Below, one piece after another: positions 1 to 13,180 of a DNA stretch of 64,000 nt. This DNA is from Neoconidiobolus thromboides FSU 785 (taxonomy: Eukaryota; Fungi; Entomophthoromycota). The translations under genes were made by a program, and so were the position numbers. Numbering within the stretch: position 1 is the first letter of the stretch; every line of letters begins with the position of its first letter. Under the pieces are notes generated by a model, which was not told where the DNA came from, ran no database searches, and saw only the letters and a list, made by a program, of their open reading frames with translations. The stretch covers positions 197,457 through 261,456 of the forward strand of contig MU626258.1 of NCBI GenBank assembly GCA_025603075.1, given 5' to 3'.

Positions 1-46
1 TTAGATGATAATTATTATAAAGCTTGGTTAGGGATTCAAAAAGTAT

Positions 47-1695
47 TTACGCCAAATCAAATTTAAATAGGAAAGCAAGATGAGCGTTGGGTTTAACTTT
101 TATTAAATAAAATATTTTTTTATAACTTTAATTATTTTGATAGATGAATAAATTGAATTAACTTTTTTTATGTTGATAATAAACATAATAATGATAATAA
201 TTGAATATAAACTTTTATAGGGAAGGTAGGAAGGAACTAAATATAAAAAGGTTAAAGTTAGTTAACTATATTATAACACAAATAAAAAATATTAATATTA
301 ATATTTCAATATCCTTATAGATTATATTAATTTTAAAATTACCTTAATTTTCCCTACTGCTTGAATAATAAAACAAGGGGAAGCAAAACGATTAATAATT
401 AAATCATTTAAATAAATTCCAATACAAGTTTTAAAATGACAATTTATCCTTTCTAATAACTCAAGACTTATTAATTTAGGCTCTTTTTTATAAGTTGGAA
501 TTTCATAATATCTAAAAATTAAAAATTAAAATGAATTAATTTCAATTAAATATAGTTAATTAAATAAACTTTTGTTTCAAAAATTCTAAAAATATCTTAC
601 ATTTGTCTCCAAATGGTAGATAAATCCAACCATGGAATACTCAGTGATACAAAATTAATCCCTTGCTTTCCTTCTCCTTCATTAAAATACTTGTTTGGAA
701 ATTCAAACTTAAATTCGGCAGGTAGAAGCTTCTTATCTCGATTATAATGATTGAAATCTTTTAATACAACTTCCATAACTAATTGAATCACTTGATTTAA
801 TTGATAAGGTGCGAGAGAAAATTGGTGGATTCTACAAAGGTTTGAGGATTCAAGATGCCGAAGACATAATGATTGAAGGTGGGTATTACCTTTGCTTAGG
901 ACGAGATGATATTGAGGAAGAGGTTGGGCTAAAATTAAGAGAAGATTTAATGAAATTAGTAAAATAAAATAAAAATGATAAAAATAATAATAAAAATAAA
1001 AATAATAAAAATAAAAATAATAAAAATAATAAAAATAACTTACATTTAGTTAATCGAGTAACAACAACAATATTAACTTTCATCTCTTTTTCATTATTTG
1101 TATCTTCTTTAATTCCTGATTTATTACTAGTTTCATAAATACTTGAGAATAAATTAGATGTGGTATTCACTTGTTGTTGGGCATTGTTATTTGCTTCTAA
1201 GATTAATTTATTGGGTTTAAATAGTAGATCATAACCACAAAGGAGGAGATATTTATCTAAAAAATAATAATAAAACTTAATGATTCTTAATTCTATTGTT
1301 ACTCAAAGTAAATTTATTTGATGATAGATAACCATTATATTATATTGATTAAATAATCAAACAAAAATATTTAAAAAAACTTTACCTTGTTCATTGCTAT
1401 AGCTTTTGGACCATGTTTTAATTTCTTCAAGTCGAATACTACCATCATATAATTGTTCTGTACTTAGATTTACACTATTAAATAGACTGGTTTGTAAACA
1501 AGGTAACTCTAAAGTGAGATAAGTTTGAAATACCGGAATAGTAGTTTCTAATTTTGATTGAATAAAAGATTCTATTGTAGATTCTAATCGATGCTTATTA
1601 GACGCAGTGAATATTGTCTCTAATTCATTGGTGAAATAACAAGTTAATGGTGAACTTCGATATAGATTATATGTTTTATTAAATAAGAATTCCAT
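47..1695 (-). CDS. CENPL: Kinetochore protein CENP-L/Fta1-like, multi-exon; 3' end uncertain
   Basis: N-terminal MEFLFNKTYNLYRSSPL resembles CENP-L FLLHKQWTLYSLTPL. Internal INFVSLSIPWLDLSTIWRQM. An exon at ~343-510 reads ERINCHFKTCIGIYLNDLIINRFASPCFIIQAVGKIK, like the CENP-L C-terminal HF..HF.I.L...GKIK block. ORFs 1357-1695, 886-1170 and 597-791 are exon pieces. The last exon (spliced at ~236, stop at 47-49) is a guess. Confidence 0.7.
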
Positions 1696-1815
1696 AAATT
1701 GAGTTTTAAAAGTTATTAAAAAATATAAAAAAATTAGGATTTTTTTTGCAAATTTTGTTTGATTTTGAAGTTGGGATCATCATATTTTTTTGTTCCCTTT
1801 TTTTCAAAATATTCA

Positions 1816-4063
1816 ATGTCTATTCGTAAAAAAAAACTTAATGTCCTATCAACTACAACACAAAATCCCTCAAAACTCAATCATTCTTTCAATCTCAACA
1901 CTCTATTTTCAACTCCAATATCATTACTACCTTTATTCTTAATATTGTTATTTGTTAGAGTTACTTCTGTATTTTATTCCACAATACAAGATTGTGATGA
2001 AGTTTATAATTATTGGGAACCATTACATTTCTTACAATTCAATTCAGGTCTTCAAACATGGGAATATTCACCAGAATATGGATTAAGATCATATGCTTAT
2101 TTATTATTACATTATATACCATTGAGAATGATTCAATTATTTACAAAGAATAAGGTAAAGATTATTGATTTAATTAATTAAATTGTTTTTTATATAAAAG
2201 TTTTTTTTAATTGAGGTTTTTATTAATTCAAATTAGATATTATTATTTTACTTTTTAAAGTCCATTTTTGCTATATTATCATCTTGTTGTGAAATCTTTT
2301 TAATTCATAATATAAAACTATATCATTCTATTGAATTATCTAATTATGTGTATTTATTCTTAATATTTAATTCAGGTATGCAACATGGGGCGATAGGTAA
2401 TTTTATTTATTTATTAACTTTCTTTTAAAAAACAATATTAATTATTTCTCTCTTTTTTCCCTCCCTTTCCTCTCCTCACTCATTAAATAGCCTTTTTACC
2501 CTCTACTTTTGCTATGTTAACTACTACTTTATATTTTAGTTTTAGTTTCAATCAATATCAATCTAATAATAAATTGATAATAAATTTAATATTATTAGCT
2601 GTTGGTGCTTTGTGGGGTTGGCCGTTTTCAGCTGCTATTGGTATCCCTTATGTCTTGGAATGGTTGTTGATTCAGAATAATTATGACATTGTGAATGGTA
2701 TATTTAAAGTTGTTAAATATAGTGTGAGGATTACTTTGGCGGTTGGGGTAAGTTCGTTAATTTTTATTATATTTTTATAAATATAATAATGTAATTTATT
2801 TATTTTATTATAGATTCCCTTATTATTAGTTGATAGTTATTTTTATCAAAAATTAATAATCGTACCATTTAATATTGTATTTTATAATGTATTAGCAGCT
2901 AATAAAGAAGCTGGGCCGGATATTTTTGGAGTTGAAGAATGGTATTATTATTTAATTAATGGTATATTAAATTTTAATATTGGTTTTGTATTGGCTATAA
3001 TGAGTTTATTTATTGGAGTAAGTTTTTAATAATAATAATAATATACTAATTAATTTATAACTTATTTTACTTTATTTAGTTATTATCAATGATAATACAA
3101 AAGAATATTAATTTAAAAATAGTTTTCAAGTTAATACCATTTTATTGGTGGTTATTGATCTTTTCTTTTCAACCTCATAAAGAAGAACGATTTTTATATC
3201 CCATTTATCCAATTATTTTAGTTAATGCAGCAATAACTTTAATTTATTATAAATCTATAATAATTCAGATTATTGATATTGATTTCATTAAGAATAATAA
3301 GGTGATTTATTATTATTATTATTGTTATTCTATAATAATGTTTTTTATTTTTTATAGATTGTTCAACAAGGACTAATCAAATTATATAAATGGAGTATTT
3401 ATATTATGTTTTTAATTTATATTATATTAAGTTTTAGTCGAAGTTATGGTCAATTTAAGTATTACTATGGAGATATTAAATTATATAAAAATATTAATCA
3501 ATTTAATAATAATAATAATAATAATAACAATAGTAATGAAGTTATTTTATGCTTAGGAGATGAATGGTATAAATATCCATCTACATACTTTCTTCAATCA
3601 AATGTTCAACTAAAATTCATTCATCAAAATTTTAATGGTTTATTACCACAACCTTATTTAAAGAATTCAAAACATTGGTATCAATCAACATCAATAATTT
3701 TAAATAATAATAATAATAAAAATCAATTAATTAAAGATCGATTTGTAAGTTTATTTATTTATTGAATCCATTTTTATATATAAATACTAATATAATTGAC
3801 ATTTCTAGATTCCAATTACTAAATGTAATTTTATAATTGCTAGTTTATCTTTTGATAATGTTCAAAATAATAACGAAGTTAATTATTCTATTTCAGATAG
3901 TAATAATTATACTATAAATTATAATCAAAATCAAATACTTCATTGTGAATTTATATTAGACAAGTCCTCTCTTCCTTCTTGGCGAAGAGCATTTTATTTT
4001 CCTGAAATATTATTTAAGAGGAAAATTAAATTTAATCAACAATGTTTAATTAAATTAGATTAA
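1816..4063 (+). CDS. ALG9: Alpha-1,2-mannosyltransferase ALG9 (GT22), multi-exon
   Basis: IQDCDEVYNYWEPLH, GLQTWEYSPEYGLRSYAY, GWPFS, QPHKEERFLYPIYP, LCLGDEWYKYPSTYFL, FNGLLPQP. ATG at 1816, stop at 4061-4063, GT-AG introns between the ORF pieces. Confidence 0.95.
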
Positions 4064-4136
4064 ATTAAGGATAATAAAATCATAAATAAAATCATAAATA
4101 AACAATTCAATTTATTTCATAATATATTAATATGAA

Positions 4137-4622
4137 TCAAAATAAAACATTATTAACTTTCAATTTAAATTTAAATAATCCACCATGTAAACAATTATTA
4201 AATAATTCATTTTTATCATTAATGATTTTACTTTGGATATTAATGATATTCCCATTCTGTTCACCTTCTTTTATTTTGCCCTTAAAATTAAAATCATAAT
4301 CCTTAATAGTTAATATACCATTACCATAATTTGATAAATTATTAAGTTGAATTATTATTTTACTTTCGATTTGATTTAATGTTAGTGGACATTTACCATA
4401 ACTATTAGTGAGGATAGTAATGGAAGTGAAAGTAGGTGAAGTAAATAAAGTAGATGAAGTACAGTTAAGAGTGGGAATAGTAGTGTTTGCAATAAATGGA
4501 TAATTAACTTTAAAATTAAGTTTAGAATTTAATTGAATATTACCATTGGTAGGTGAACAGATATAAATATGAGAAGTAATACAAGGAAGGAAAAGAAGGA
4601 ATAATATGTAAAAATTGAACAT
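4137..4622 (-). CDS. Secreted 4-Cys beta-rich protein, array copy P1 (intact, 161 aa)
   Basis: Hydrophobic signal peptide; homologous to P2 and P6 (LNC, CPL, G.G.LTI, FKG.I..G.Q.G, CL..GL.KF.L.V). Confidence 0.85.
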   Translation of the reverse strand: MFNFYILFLLFLPCITSHIYICSPTNGNIQLNSKLNFKVNYPFIANTTIPTLNCTSSTLFTSPTFTSITILTNSYGKCPLTLNQIESKIIIQLNNLSNYGNGILTIKDYDFNFKGKIKEGEQNGNIINIQSKIINDKNELFNNCLHGGLFKFKLKVNNVLF

Positions 4623-5773
4623 GATTTAAATGTTATAAATTTTAATAAAATTTTTTATTATTATCTTTTATTAAAAAAAGATATGAATTTTACTAAAAAA
4701 TCATTAAGAAAATTATTATCAAAGATAATCTTTGGTGATCTTTTTCAAAATGTTGAACATTTATTTTAAAGACGTTAAATTTTTACTTTAAAAAAAAGAG
4801 TGAGATCAAAAAGAATAAGAATAATTTACTAAATTTGGAAATGTTTCTTAAATTCAGAATTTCTTGTTACTATTATAAAATCATTTTAAATACTAAAATT
4901 GATAAACTCCAATTCTATTTTTATTTTATCTTATTTAATACTGTATCATTGTTTTATTATATAATAACAATGTATGCTCAATATATTCTTTTTTTATTAT
5001 TAAAAAAATTGATTGACAAATATTAGATTAAGTAAAAACAGAAATCAATTGATATCAATTATCGATAACACTTATTTTTATCTTTATAATTCTATTCAAT
5101 AACTAGAATAAAGTTTCTTTAATTTTCAATTAAACTTTTTTAATACATTCTTATTTTAGCATTAAGTAATTAAATTCAATGAAACATAATGATCTGTATT
5201 GTGTTGAATTACTATTGAATTATTAACTTATATATTGATCCTTATTATACCTTTAAAATCAAAGTTGAATACATTAATACTTAACGTACTTCCTCCTTTG
5301 TTCAGTTTATCATGAATCATTTTTCTTATATTACTTTTTTAATGATTTCAAAGCCATCGGGTAATTATTGTTTCCCTTAAAAATAACTAATATTGAAATT
5401 GAGTTGTCAAGTTTAAATAACTATTTTTGATAGTTAATAATAATTTGTAAACTGTATTTATTTTAAAATGGAATCCTAAAGTTGCATTACATATTCCTTT
5501 GATTGATTTGTACTCTAAATTATTAAAATAAAATATTTTTATCCTTAAGGTTTTTATATAATTTTCTTTTTTGCTTATCTTTGGGATTATTGAAATCAAC
5601 TAATATGAAGCTGTATTATATAAAGTCTTTCTTTCATTATAACAATATGAGTTTTATTTACTATTCTTATACTTTAAAACCAATCTGAAGTTAAATTTCC
5701 AAAGTTTAATAAAATTGAAAATAGCAAAAAAAATAAAATAAACAAAATAAACAAATTGGTAATTTTTTTAATA

Positions 5774-6244
5774 TTAAAAACTAGCTTGTGTAACATCCAC
5801 TTTAAGTTTCGTTACTCCGTTATCACCCAAACACTGAGAAGTCAACTCAATTGGATTACTACTTAATCTACCTCTTATTTCTACTGGATTACCACTTTGT
5901 GTACCCGTTCTCATAACGCCTTTGAAACTAAAATTAAACGGGCTAATCGTAAATGTACCCTCCCCTGAACTTGGTTTGCCATAAATTACAATTGTTATAA
6001 TACTTGTCGCTTCTTTTAAGATTAATGGACAATTGCTGTTACCATTGGTATTAATTTGGATAGCTACTGAGTTGACAGGTGTACAATTGATGCTTTCAAT
6101 AGTCAATGACAAAGAAAGATCTGTTTTGACTTTAAAATTGACACCAGGATTTACATTAATTAAACCTTTACTAGGTTTACACTTTAAATTCACTGAATAT
6201 ACAAAGAAAACAAAATAAAGGGACAATAAGTAATATTTTAACAT
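5774..6244 (-). CDS. Secreted 4-Cys beta-rich protein, array copy P2 (intact, 156 aa)
   Basis: Signal peptide, then LKCKPSKGLINVNPG...INCT...NCPL...GEGTFTI...FKGVMRTGTQSGN...QCLGDNGV. Confidence 0.9.
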   Translation of the reverse strand: MLKYYLLSLYFVFFVYSVNLKCKPSKGLINVNPGVNFKVKTDLSLSLTIESINCTPVNSVAIQINTNGNSNCPLILKEATSIITIVIYGKPSSGEGTFTISPFNFSFKGVMRTGTQSGNPVEIRGRLSSNPIELTSQCLGDNGVTKLKVDVTQASF

Positions 6245-6530
6245 TTTTAATTTATTAAAAGTAGATAGTTTTTTTTATATCTTGCAGTTATAGTTTGTAA
6301 CTTTATATTAGTGGATTATCCTTTTTGTGTTTATCTTTTATTTTTTGGATCTTCGAAATAAAAATGTGAAAATAAGTGTGATGTCAATAGGTGGCTGAGG
6401 TCCAATTTAAAAAAGATTAAAAATTAATTAAATTTAGAAGGGTTTTTTTTGGTAGAGCTGGAATTATTGTTATTTCGTTAAAAATAGATTATGATAATCT
6501 TTTATTTAATAATAATAAAAATTAGAATAT

Positions 6531-6630
6531 GGAGACGTTTTTTTTTGGCTTCATCATTTTTTCCATCTTTTAAGCGCTATCTGAGTGAAAAAATTGTTAA
6601 TAAAATTCTTAAACACAAAAATACATCTCT
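6531..6630 (+). mobile_element. MITE copy 1
   Basis: Matches the ~99-bp family consensus; ATAT on both flanks. Confidence 0.9.
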
Positions 6631-8287
6631 ATATGATTTAATAAATATAATAATATCTAAAGCTTATTTATATTATACGAAAATAGTTTATTTAATATTT
6701 ATTTTTCAAATTGTTTTATAAAGGTATGGATATGTCTTTCTTTATTGAAGGATTTTAACAATATTTTAGCGAATCATCATAACTAGTGCTTCCCTCTTTC
6801 TTTTTTGAATGAAAAATAGCCCGAAAAAAACACTCCTCATAGATCAAGGCTCTCCTATCTGCAAGGAAAGTTAGATTTTGTCTATAAATAATATCTTTGT
6901 CCTCTCCTTTTCCTAATTCAATTTAGTTAATTTTTGTTAATAAAGTGCTTGGGAGTATCAAAACTACCTCTACAAAAATATTAAAAAATTATAATAGTAC
7001 TTTTATTAACTAATAACACTCAAAAAATGGAAATAGAAATCGAATCAAAAAAGATATCATGTATTTTTACAAGTAATTGAACTAAACTTGATATAAACTT
7101 GCCTTCTAAACAAATAAAGTATCAAAGTGTTTTAAGATTTATTCCAAATTTTACTATTGAAATTTTAAATAAAATGTCAACTTCTACTTAATAATAGTAA
7201 TAGCATGAAAAAAATGAATAAATAATAGAAAAAAATTATATAACGTATCATAGGTATCCTTGGCTTGAACTATTAATAAAGTTACAAATGCTCACTGATT
7301 TCGATAGTAATTCGAATCTTAATTAAGTTTAAAGTTCCAAACTTTAATTTTATTTATATTTTAAACATAAAGTATAAAAATGGTAATTTAATTTTAAAAA
7401 AATTGAATTGTTTATCTAATTAGTAATTATAATAATTTAGCAATTAAACCATATTTCTTTTTATTGATACCAAGGATTCGATATTTAGTAAAGTTTATTA
7501 ATTATAACATTCAACTTAAAGCTTAAAAATTGATAAATATAAAAATGAGTTTAAACTTGAATTTTGAATTTTAATATGAATTATGACTCATCAATTGAAA
7601 TTTTACAATTTATTAATATCCGAAGAATTCCATTTAACCCTTATCCTACTTTGCAAAGGTAGCATTTGATTCATGTGAAAAAAAGATAGAGTTATAGCAG
7701 CAATGAGATGAGGAGAAGACTATAAAGAGATGAGCGATGAATATGAAAAGTAAGCAAACTAGTAATGATCAAAGCACTAAAATTTTTATCTCAAATAGAA
7801 GCCTTTAGGAAATTATAAATTATAAATTATAGACTATCTTATTTTCATAAAAAGAATCTTTTCTAATTTAGTAATATTCTTGAAAGTGCTTTATTTGGTC
7901 AATATAACTCATAGAATTTATTGATTGTGTTTATTTGATGTACTGAAATATAATACATATAGTTTATCTATTAACAACTATAATATAATATCATTTTTTT
8001 GTGTATAGTGTAGATCAAATATGATGTATATTAAATATAGAACTAACAATTATTTTAAATAAATAAAAATATCATGGTATACCTCTTAAATTAAGTAAAA
8101 ATAGAAAATAATAGCGTAATTAACGCTTTAAATCTTTTTTTAATATAGTAATTTACACCTTAATGAATATTGATATAATAAAAATAGATTATAATTTTAG
8201 TATTTATCTTTAGCGCAGTTGTTTTAGATAAATAGTATAAAAGAGAGTATAATAGTATCATTTTTTTAGTTAACTAAACTATGGACT

Positions 8288-8893
8288 ATGTCGACTATTA
8301 ATAATGAATTATTGCCTAAGTACTCAAAATATTATCAAGATATCAAATTACCTAGTTATAATCAAGTATCTACTAAGAAATTTATTATTTCTATGAATTT
8401 TTGTTTTAGCTCAGAAGTAGTCAATTCATCTTGGTCTATTAAAGAAGTCGCTCAAAAATCAACTTGGTTTAAAGTTTATCAATATGATCATGGTATTAAA
8501 ATAAAGGATAAGAAACAAAGTAATATTTCCTTGATGGAATCTAAAATTATCCCGGATACAAATTATCATCTTAAGTTTATTATTAACTTCAATTCAATTT
8601 CGGCCGAAGTTTTTAAAGTGGATGATAAGTCTTATAATTTAATTCTATCCGATAGATTAAATGTAACACGGTATATTATTATAATAGAAAAAAATAAACA
8701 TGATGGAATAAAATTATGGAAATTAATGGATCCCAAAGATTCTGAAGTTATTTTAGCTTTATGTACTTTGAGACATACAAGTACAATGTTAGCTGAATTA
8801 CAATTCAGCAATAATTTAAAAATTCATGAGTTTCAATTCATATTGATTTCTTTCTGCCAACTTATGTCATGTTATTATCGTTCCTTTATTTGA
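8288..8893 (+). CDS. Hypothetical intronless 201-aa protein with N-terminal LPxY motifs; possible tubby-C/LURP-like fold
   Basis: Long ORF with ATG in AT-rich DNA; LPKY and LPSY near the N-terminus; beta-like pattern with a C-terminal hydrophobic helix. The fold call is inference. Confidence 0.7.
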   Translation: MSTINNELLPKYSKYYQDIKLPSYNQVSTKKFIISMNFCFSSEVVNSSWSIKEVAQKSTWFKVYQYDHGIKIKDKKQSNISLMESKIIPDTNYHLKFIINFNSISAEVFKVDDKSYNLILSDRLNVTRYIIIIEKNKHDGIKLWKLMDPKDSEVILALCTLRHTSTMLAELQFSNNLKIHEFQFILISFCQLMSCYYRSFI

Positions 8894-9924
8894 TTTCTTT
8901 TTGACTTAGTGAATCAAATTCACCTTTAATAATTTAGGTGTTTATTAATGTTCCTTTTCTTTTCTTTCCCTCAACTTTATATCCTTTAAATCAATAATCA
9001 TATCTTATAATCCATAATAAGTTATTTCTTATATAAAATTCAAACTCAAGGGCATTTTGTAGTATTTATTTTCATTTTGATTTATTTGTTAATGTATGTA
9101 TGTTTACTATTATCATTCTCTATTTTGTCAATAAAATTCAACAATTTAAACAACAAAATCAATATCTATTCATAAAATTTTAATTTGATTTATAATAACT
9201 CAAATAGAATTATACAAATGAATTAAATGTATGGTTTAATGAAATTTTAATTAATATAGAGAAAAAACAACATTCATCTATGGTTTATTAGTGTTATTCT
9301 TTAAATTTTACTCCATTCTATATTGAATTTAAAAATAACTGACAACCAGGGTAATATTTTATAAATTAGTAAATGCTATTTGAGTGAAATAAGTTGACTC
9401 TGATTATTAATATAGGATACTTTGACATTTGTTTATATTAAATCAAACTCCTCATGCTTCCGTCGTTTTTTGAATAGAAAAAAAAGATCTTATGGTTACA
9501 AAGTTGGGTGTTACTATAGTGTTGAATTCATTTAATTGTATCATATAAAACTAATTTAGTAGCTACTAAATTTAATAATCAAGTTACTATTTATGGTGTA
9601 TTTAAATTGTAAGTTATAAGTTATTAAAATGCCTTATTGTTATAGAAAAACGGAGTTTTTTATATTGGAAAACTTTATTATACCTTTTATTTAGAGTTCA
9701 ATATTAATATTAACGTATTTTATTTAATATATTTGAAAACTAAATCAATTGGCTGAATTCTATTTTTTAGTCGTATTGTAGTATCAAAAATATTCAATTA
9801 TTTTATTATTAAGATATAATTGGATAGAATAATCGATTCGATTATCACAACTTATACAAAAAGTTATCTCTATAGAACCAAATTAACAACCATTGTATTG
9901 AAAATATTTTAAGAATATCGAGCA

Positions 9925-10398
9925 TTAAAAAGTAGCATTGACAACTATAACTTCAAAGCTTGATAGAGAATCGCTATAATAATTAGAAGTCATAGTAGTT
10001 GTACTATCCACAATTTTTGCTTTGATAGCTATCAACTTACCAACTTGTGTACGCGTTATCATTACTCCTTTAAAATTGAAACCTGATAGATCCGCTATTA
10101 ATCTACCTTTCCTTTGATTGAATTTTTTATAAATCATAATACTTACATTGGTTTCTTTTTTTAAATTGGTTATACAATATCTACTACCTCCAGAAGTTAG
10201 AATGATAGGGACAGAGTTTACTGGCATTTATTTAATAATCTTAATAGTCGAGCTTAAACTTAAATCTACTTTGATTTTAAAGCTGATACTAAGGTTTAAG
10301 GTCATATTACCTTGACCATGATTACATTTTAGATTGATAGAATATATGAAAAGTAAAAAGTAGAGAACTAAACAATAGAGTTGAAGTATTTTCTTCAA
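9925..10398 (-). pseudogene. Array copy P3 (pseudogene)
   Basis: Reads LKKILQLYCLVLYFLLFIYSINLKC...KIIK*MPVNSV...FKGVMITRTQVG...VNATF. The start position is TTG, a stop (10228-10230) replaces the second conserved Cys, and the fourth Cys is lost. Confidence 0.85.
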
Positions 10399-11023
10399 TT
10401 CTTGAAGGGAGAAACTTTAGTTTTATTTAAATAATTTACTTTATAATTTAGGACTTCTTTTATTATTCAACTATTTTTTTGTTTATTATTTAAATCGTTA
10501 AAATTAAAATCAAGATTGTTATCAAGGTGAGGTTGAGTTGATCCTTAGCTTTTTAAATGATTGAGACGGGTATATTTGTTCAGACTAAAATGTAATATTT
10601 AATCCCTTGAAGATCACTAATTTTTGAATTCTATTAGTTAAATGTATTTATCTTTTGGTAAATTTGCTTCGAAGGGGTTAGCTGTAACTATATTTTCCCC
10701 AAAAGTTAGTAATCTTCGAAGGGTTAAATGGAAGGATGATTTACTAAATTTAGAAGCTTCTTGGTTGAAGTAAAATGATATATATTTTTATAAAAATCTA
10801 TTCTAATGATTTTTATCCCTTAATGTTCTTAATTGTATTGGAGGTACTATGTATAGCTTAAAATTCAGTTTTCATTTACAATCATTTGAGTTATTATAAA
10901 AAAAGTTAAATAATTTTAATATGACGTATATGGAATCAAAGATGATGTTCGTTTTTAGAGCCACATATAACTTAAAAGTAAGCTCGATAGATTTCTTATT
11001 AAACAAAACAAAAACTTTCAATA

Positions 11024-11584
11024 TTAAAAATTGGCTTGTATAACATCCACTCTAAAATTGGTTACCTATTACGAAAACATTGATAATTTATTTCCAATAG
11101 ATTCCTAACAATCTCTGCTTTGATATTCATCGTATTATCAATTTGTGTACCTATTCTCATGAATCCTTTAAAATTCGATCCATGTATATCTACAGTTAAT
11201 TTACCTTCACCTATACTATATAGAGGTATATTTTTGTATTTAAGAATTTCACTAACAATTTTTCCACTCAAAGAGTACTTAAAAGATGGAAAAAAATAAT
11301 GAAGCCAAAAAAAATCCCCCTATTGTTGATTAATTAAAACTGCCATTTTACTTTTTGCTTCTTTTAAATTTATTGGACATTTACTATTACTACTGGATTA
11401 TATAAAAACAATAATTAAAGTTTCAGCTGTACAATTAAGACTCTCTAATATAAATGATAAATTGAAACTAATATTGATTTTAAAGTTTAAAGTGGGCTTT
11501 AGGCGAATAATACCTTTATTGAGTTCATATATTATGTTTCTACATTGGATTATAAATAAGCAGTAAAGGACTAAAAGCTAGCAT
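11024..11584 (-). pseudogene. Array copy P4 (pseudogene with MITE insertion, frameshifts and stops)
   Basis: KGIIRLKPTLNFK...LESLNCT...SKCPINLKEAKSKMAVLINQQ-[MITE]-SIGEGKLTVDIHGSNFKGFMRIGTQ...YQCF. Confidence 0.85.
11222..11330 (-). mobile_element. MITE copy 2, inside P4
   Basis: Consensus match; removing it restores the P4 frame locally. Confidence 0.9.
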
Positions 11585-12031
11585 TTTAGAGTTGTTATTT
11601 TAAAGTTGAAAAGAGTTACTGTTATTATTAAATACTTCATCTCTATTATTACGACATTTGTTTTTTATATCATTCTGTTTATTGTTCAAATTATCTAGAT
11701 CCTATTTTTTTTTTAAAATGATGTGAATCGGTCAAATTTAGGATTAGAAAATGGTTAAATTTATTAAGTTTGTCTCAATTTTTATTGTGGTGTTATCACT
11801 GACATTATCACAACATTTTTTTCAGAATTCAATTTACTACAATATTTTTGATAAAATAGTTTTATTAAGTAATCAAATAAAAGGAATGACAAAGACATAA
11901 AAACTCATTTAATATTTAAATTTCGACATAGAATGTAAGTTAAATAAAGCTCACTTTATATACCTTTATAAACAAACTTCATTCTAAAAACAATTCTATA
12001 ACTTCTTTGTTAATATGGGTCTAAAAAACAT

Positions 12032-12509
12032 TCATAATTGAAAGTTAGCTTCCTTGATCTCTAAATTAAGTTTAGCCAGCTTTTTGTTATTATAACGCTA
12101 AATATTCAAAGTCAAAGAACAATGGTGATAAAGTTTTCCTTTGATACTAATTACATTACCGGCTTGTGTGCCCGTCATAGTCATTCATTCAAAACGAGTA
12201 TTTAACAGATTGGTACTTAATGCACCTTTTCTTTGATTTAATATTCAATGTATCATTAATGCTAAGTTATTTTATGTATCATTTGAACTTATTGTACAAT
12301 AATGTTATCACTGTAGCTCGCTGTAACAGAAGCTGACTTTGCTTATGTACATTTGATGCTATGGGTGGTTAAAGTTAAATTGAAATTAGTGTTCGTTTTA
12401 CAAATTAGACCAGAGATCAAAGTCACAATAGCCTTAGGTTGATCACATTTCAAATTGGTACAGGTAATGAAGAGCAATTGGTATAGGATCAGGAAATAGA
12501 TTTCAACAT
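12032..12509 (-). pseudogene. Array copy P5 (degenerate pseudogene)
   Basis: Across frameshifts: NLKCDQPKAIVTLISGL...IKCT*...NQRKGALSTNLLNTRFE*MTMTGTQAGNVISIKGKL...LAKLNLEIKEANF. Confidence 0.8.
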
Positions 12510-12989
12510 TTTCTTTTAAATTTTAGGTCTTAATTTATTTTTAAAGATTTTGGTTATAGGCTTTAGAATTTTTATAAAATTATTTCCTTTGTTTATTGTT
12601 TAGATCATTGAAATTAATTAAAAGATTGTTGTCGTTGTAATTGAGTTAATGTTTAAAAGATAAGTTAATTCATTAAATTTGAAGGTTTTTTGACCATAAT
12701 AAAATGATTGTTATTTTTATATAAAAAATTATTAATTGTTTTTACCTGTTTGCGCTCTAGATTGTAGTAAAAAACATAATAGAAAAAGGTGTATTATCAT
12801 CGCTATTCATTGAAGATAATTAATATAAAGTGTAATAGATAACTTAAGTTAAATATTGTTTCTATTAAAGAGTGATATTTTTGCTTTAATATTATGAGTA
12901 ATAAATAAAAATTAAACAGTAAAAATCCGTCAAACAAATTAAAGTAAAAAAACCGAAACTATATGAGCTACATACTAAAGGGAAAACAT

Positions 12990-13085
12990 GGGATGTTTTT
13001 TTGGCTTCATTACTTTTTCATCTTTTAAGCACTATTTGAATGGAAAAATTGTTAGTAAAACTCTCAAACAAAAAAACACATTCCC
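12990..13085 (+). mobile_element. MITE copy 3
   Basis: Consensus match; flanks ACAT/ATAT. Confidence 0.9.
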
Positions 13086-13180
13086 ATATATTTATGTGCT
13101 ATCTGTCTATTAAACATTTAATAAAAACAATATAAAACATATAATTAAAAAAAAGTAGTTATTTAAAAAGGATAAGATAA

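Noticed and set aside
886-1170. Hydrophobic LFLLFLLFLF stretch suggesting a membrane protein
   Set aside because: It is read-through of an AT-repeat intron (~960-1040) of the CENP-L-like gene.
6491-6721. Short ORFs with similar text (also 11062 start, 13534, 29207, 36829) that look like a small gene family
   Set aside because: The shared part is the translated MITE (FFPSFKRYLSEKIV...KHKNTS), not a protein family.
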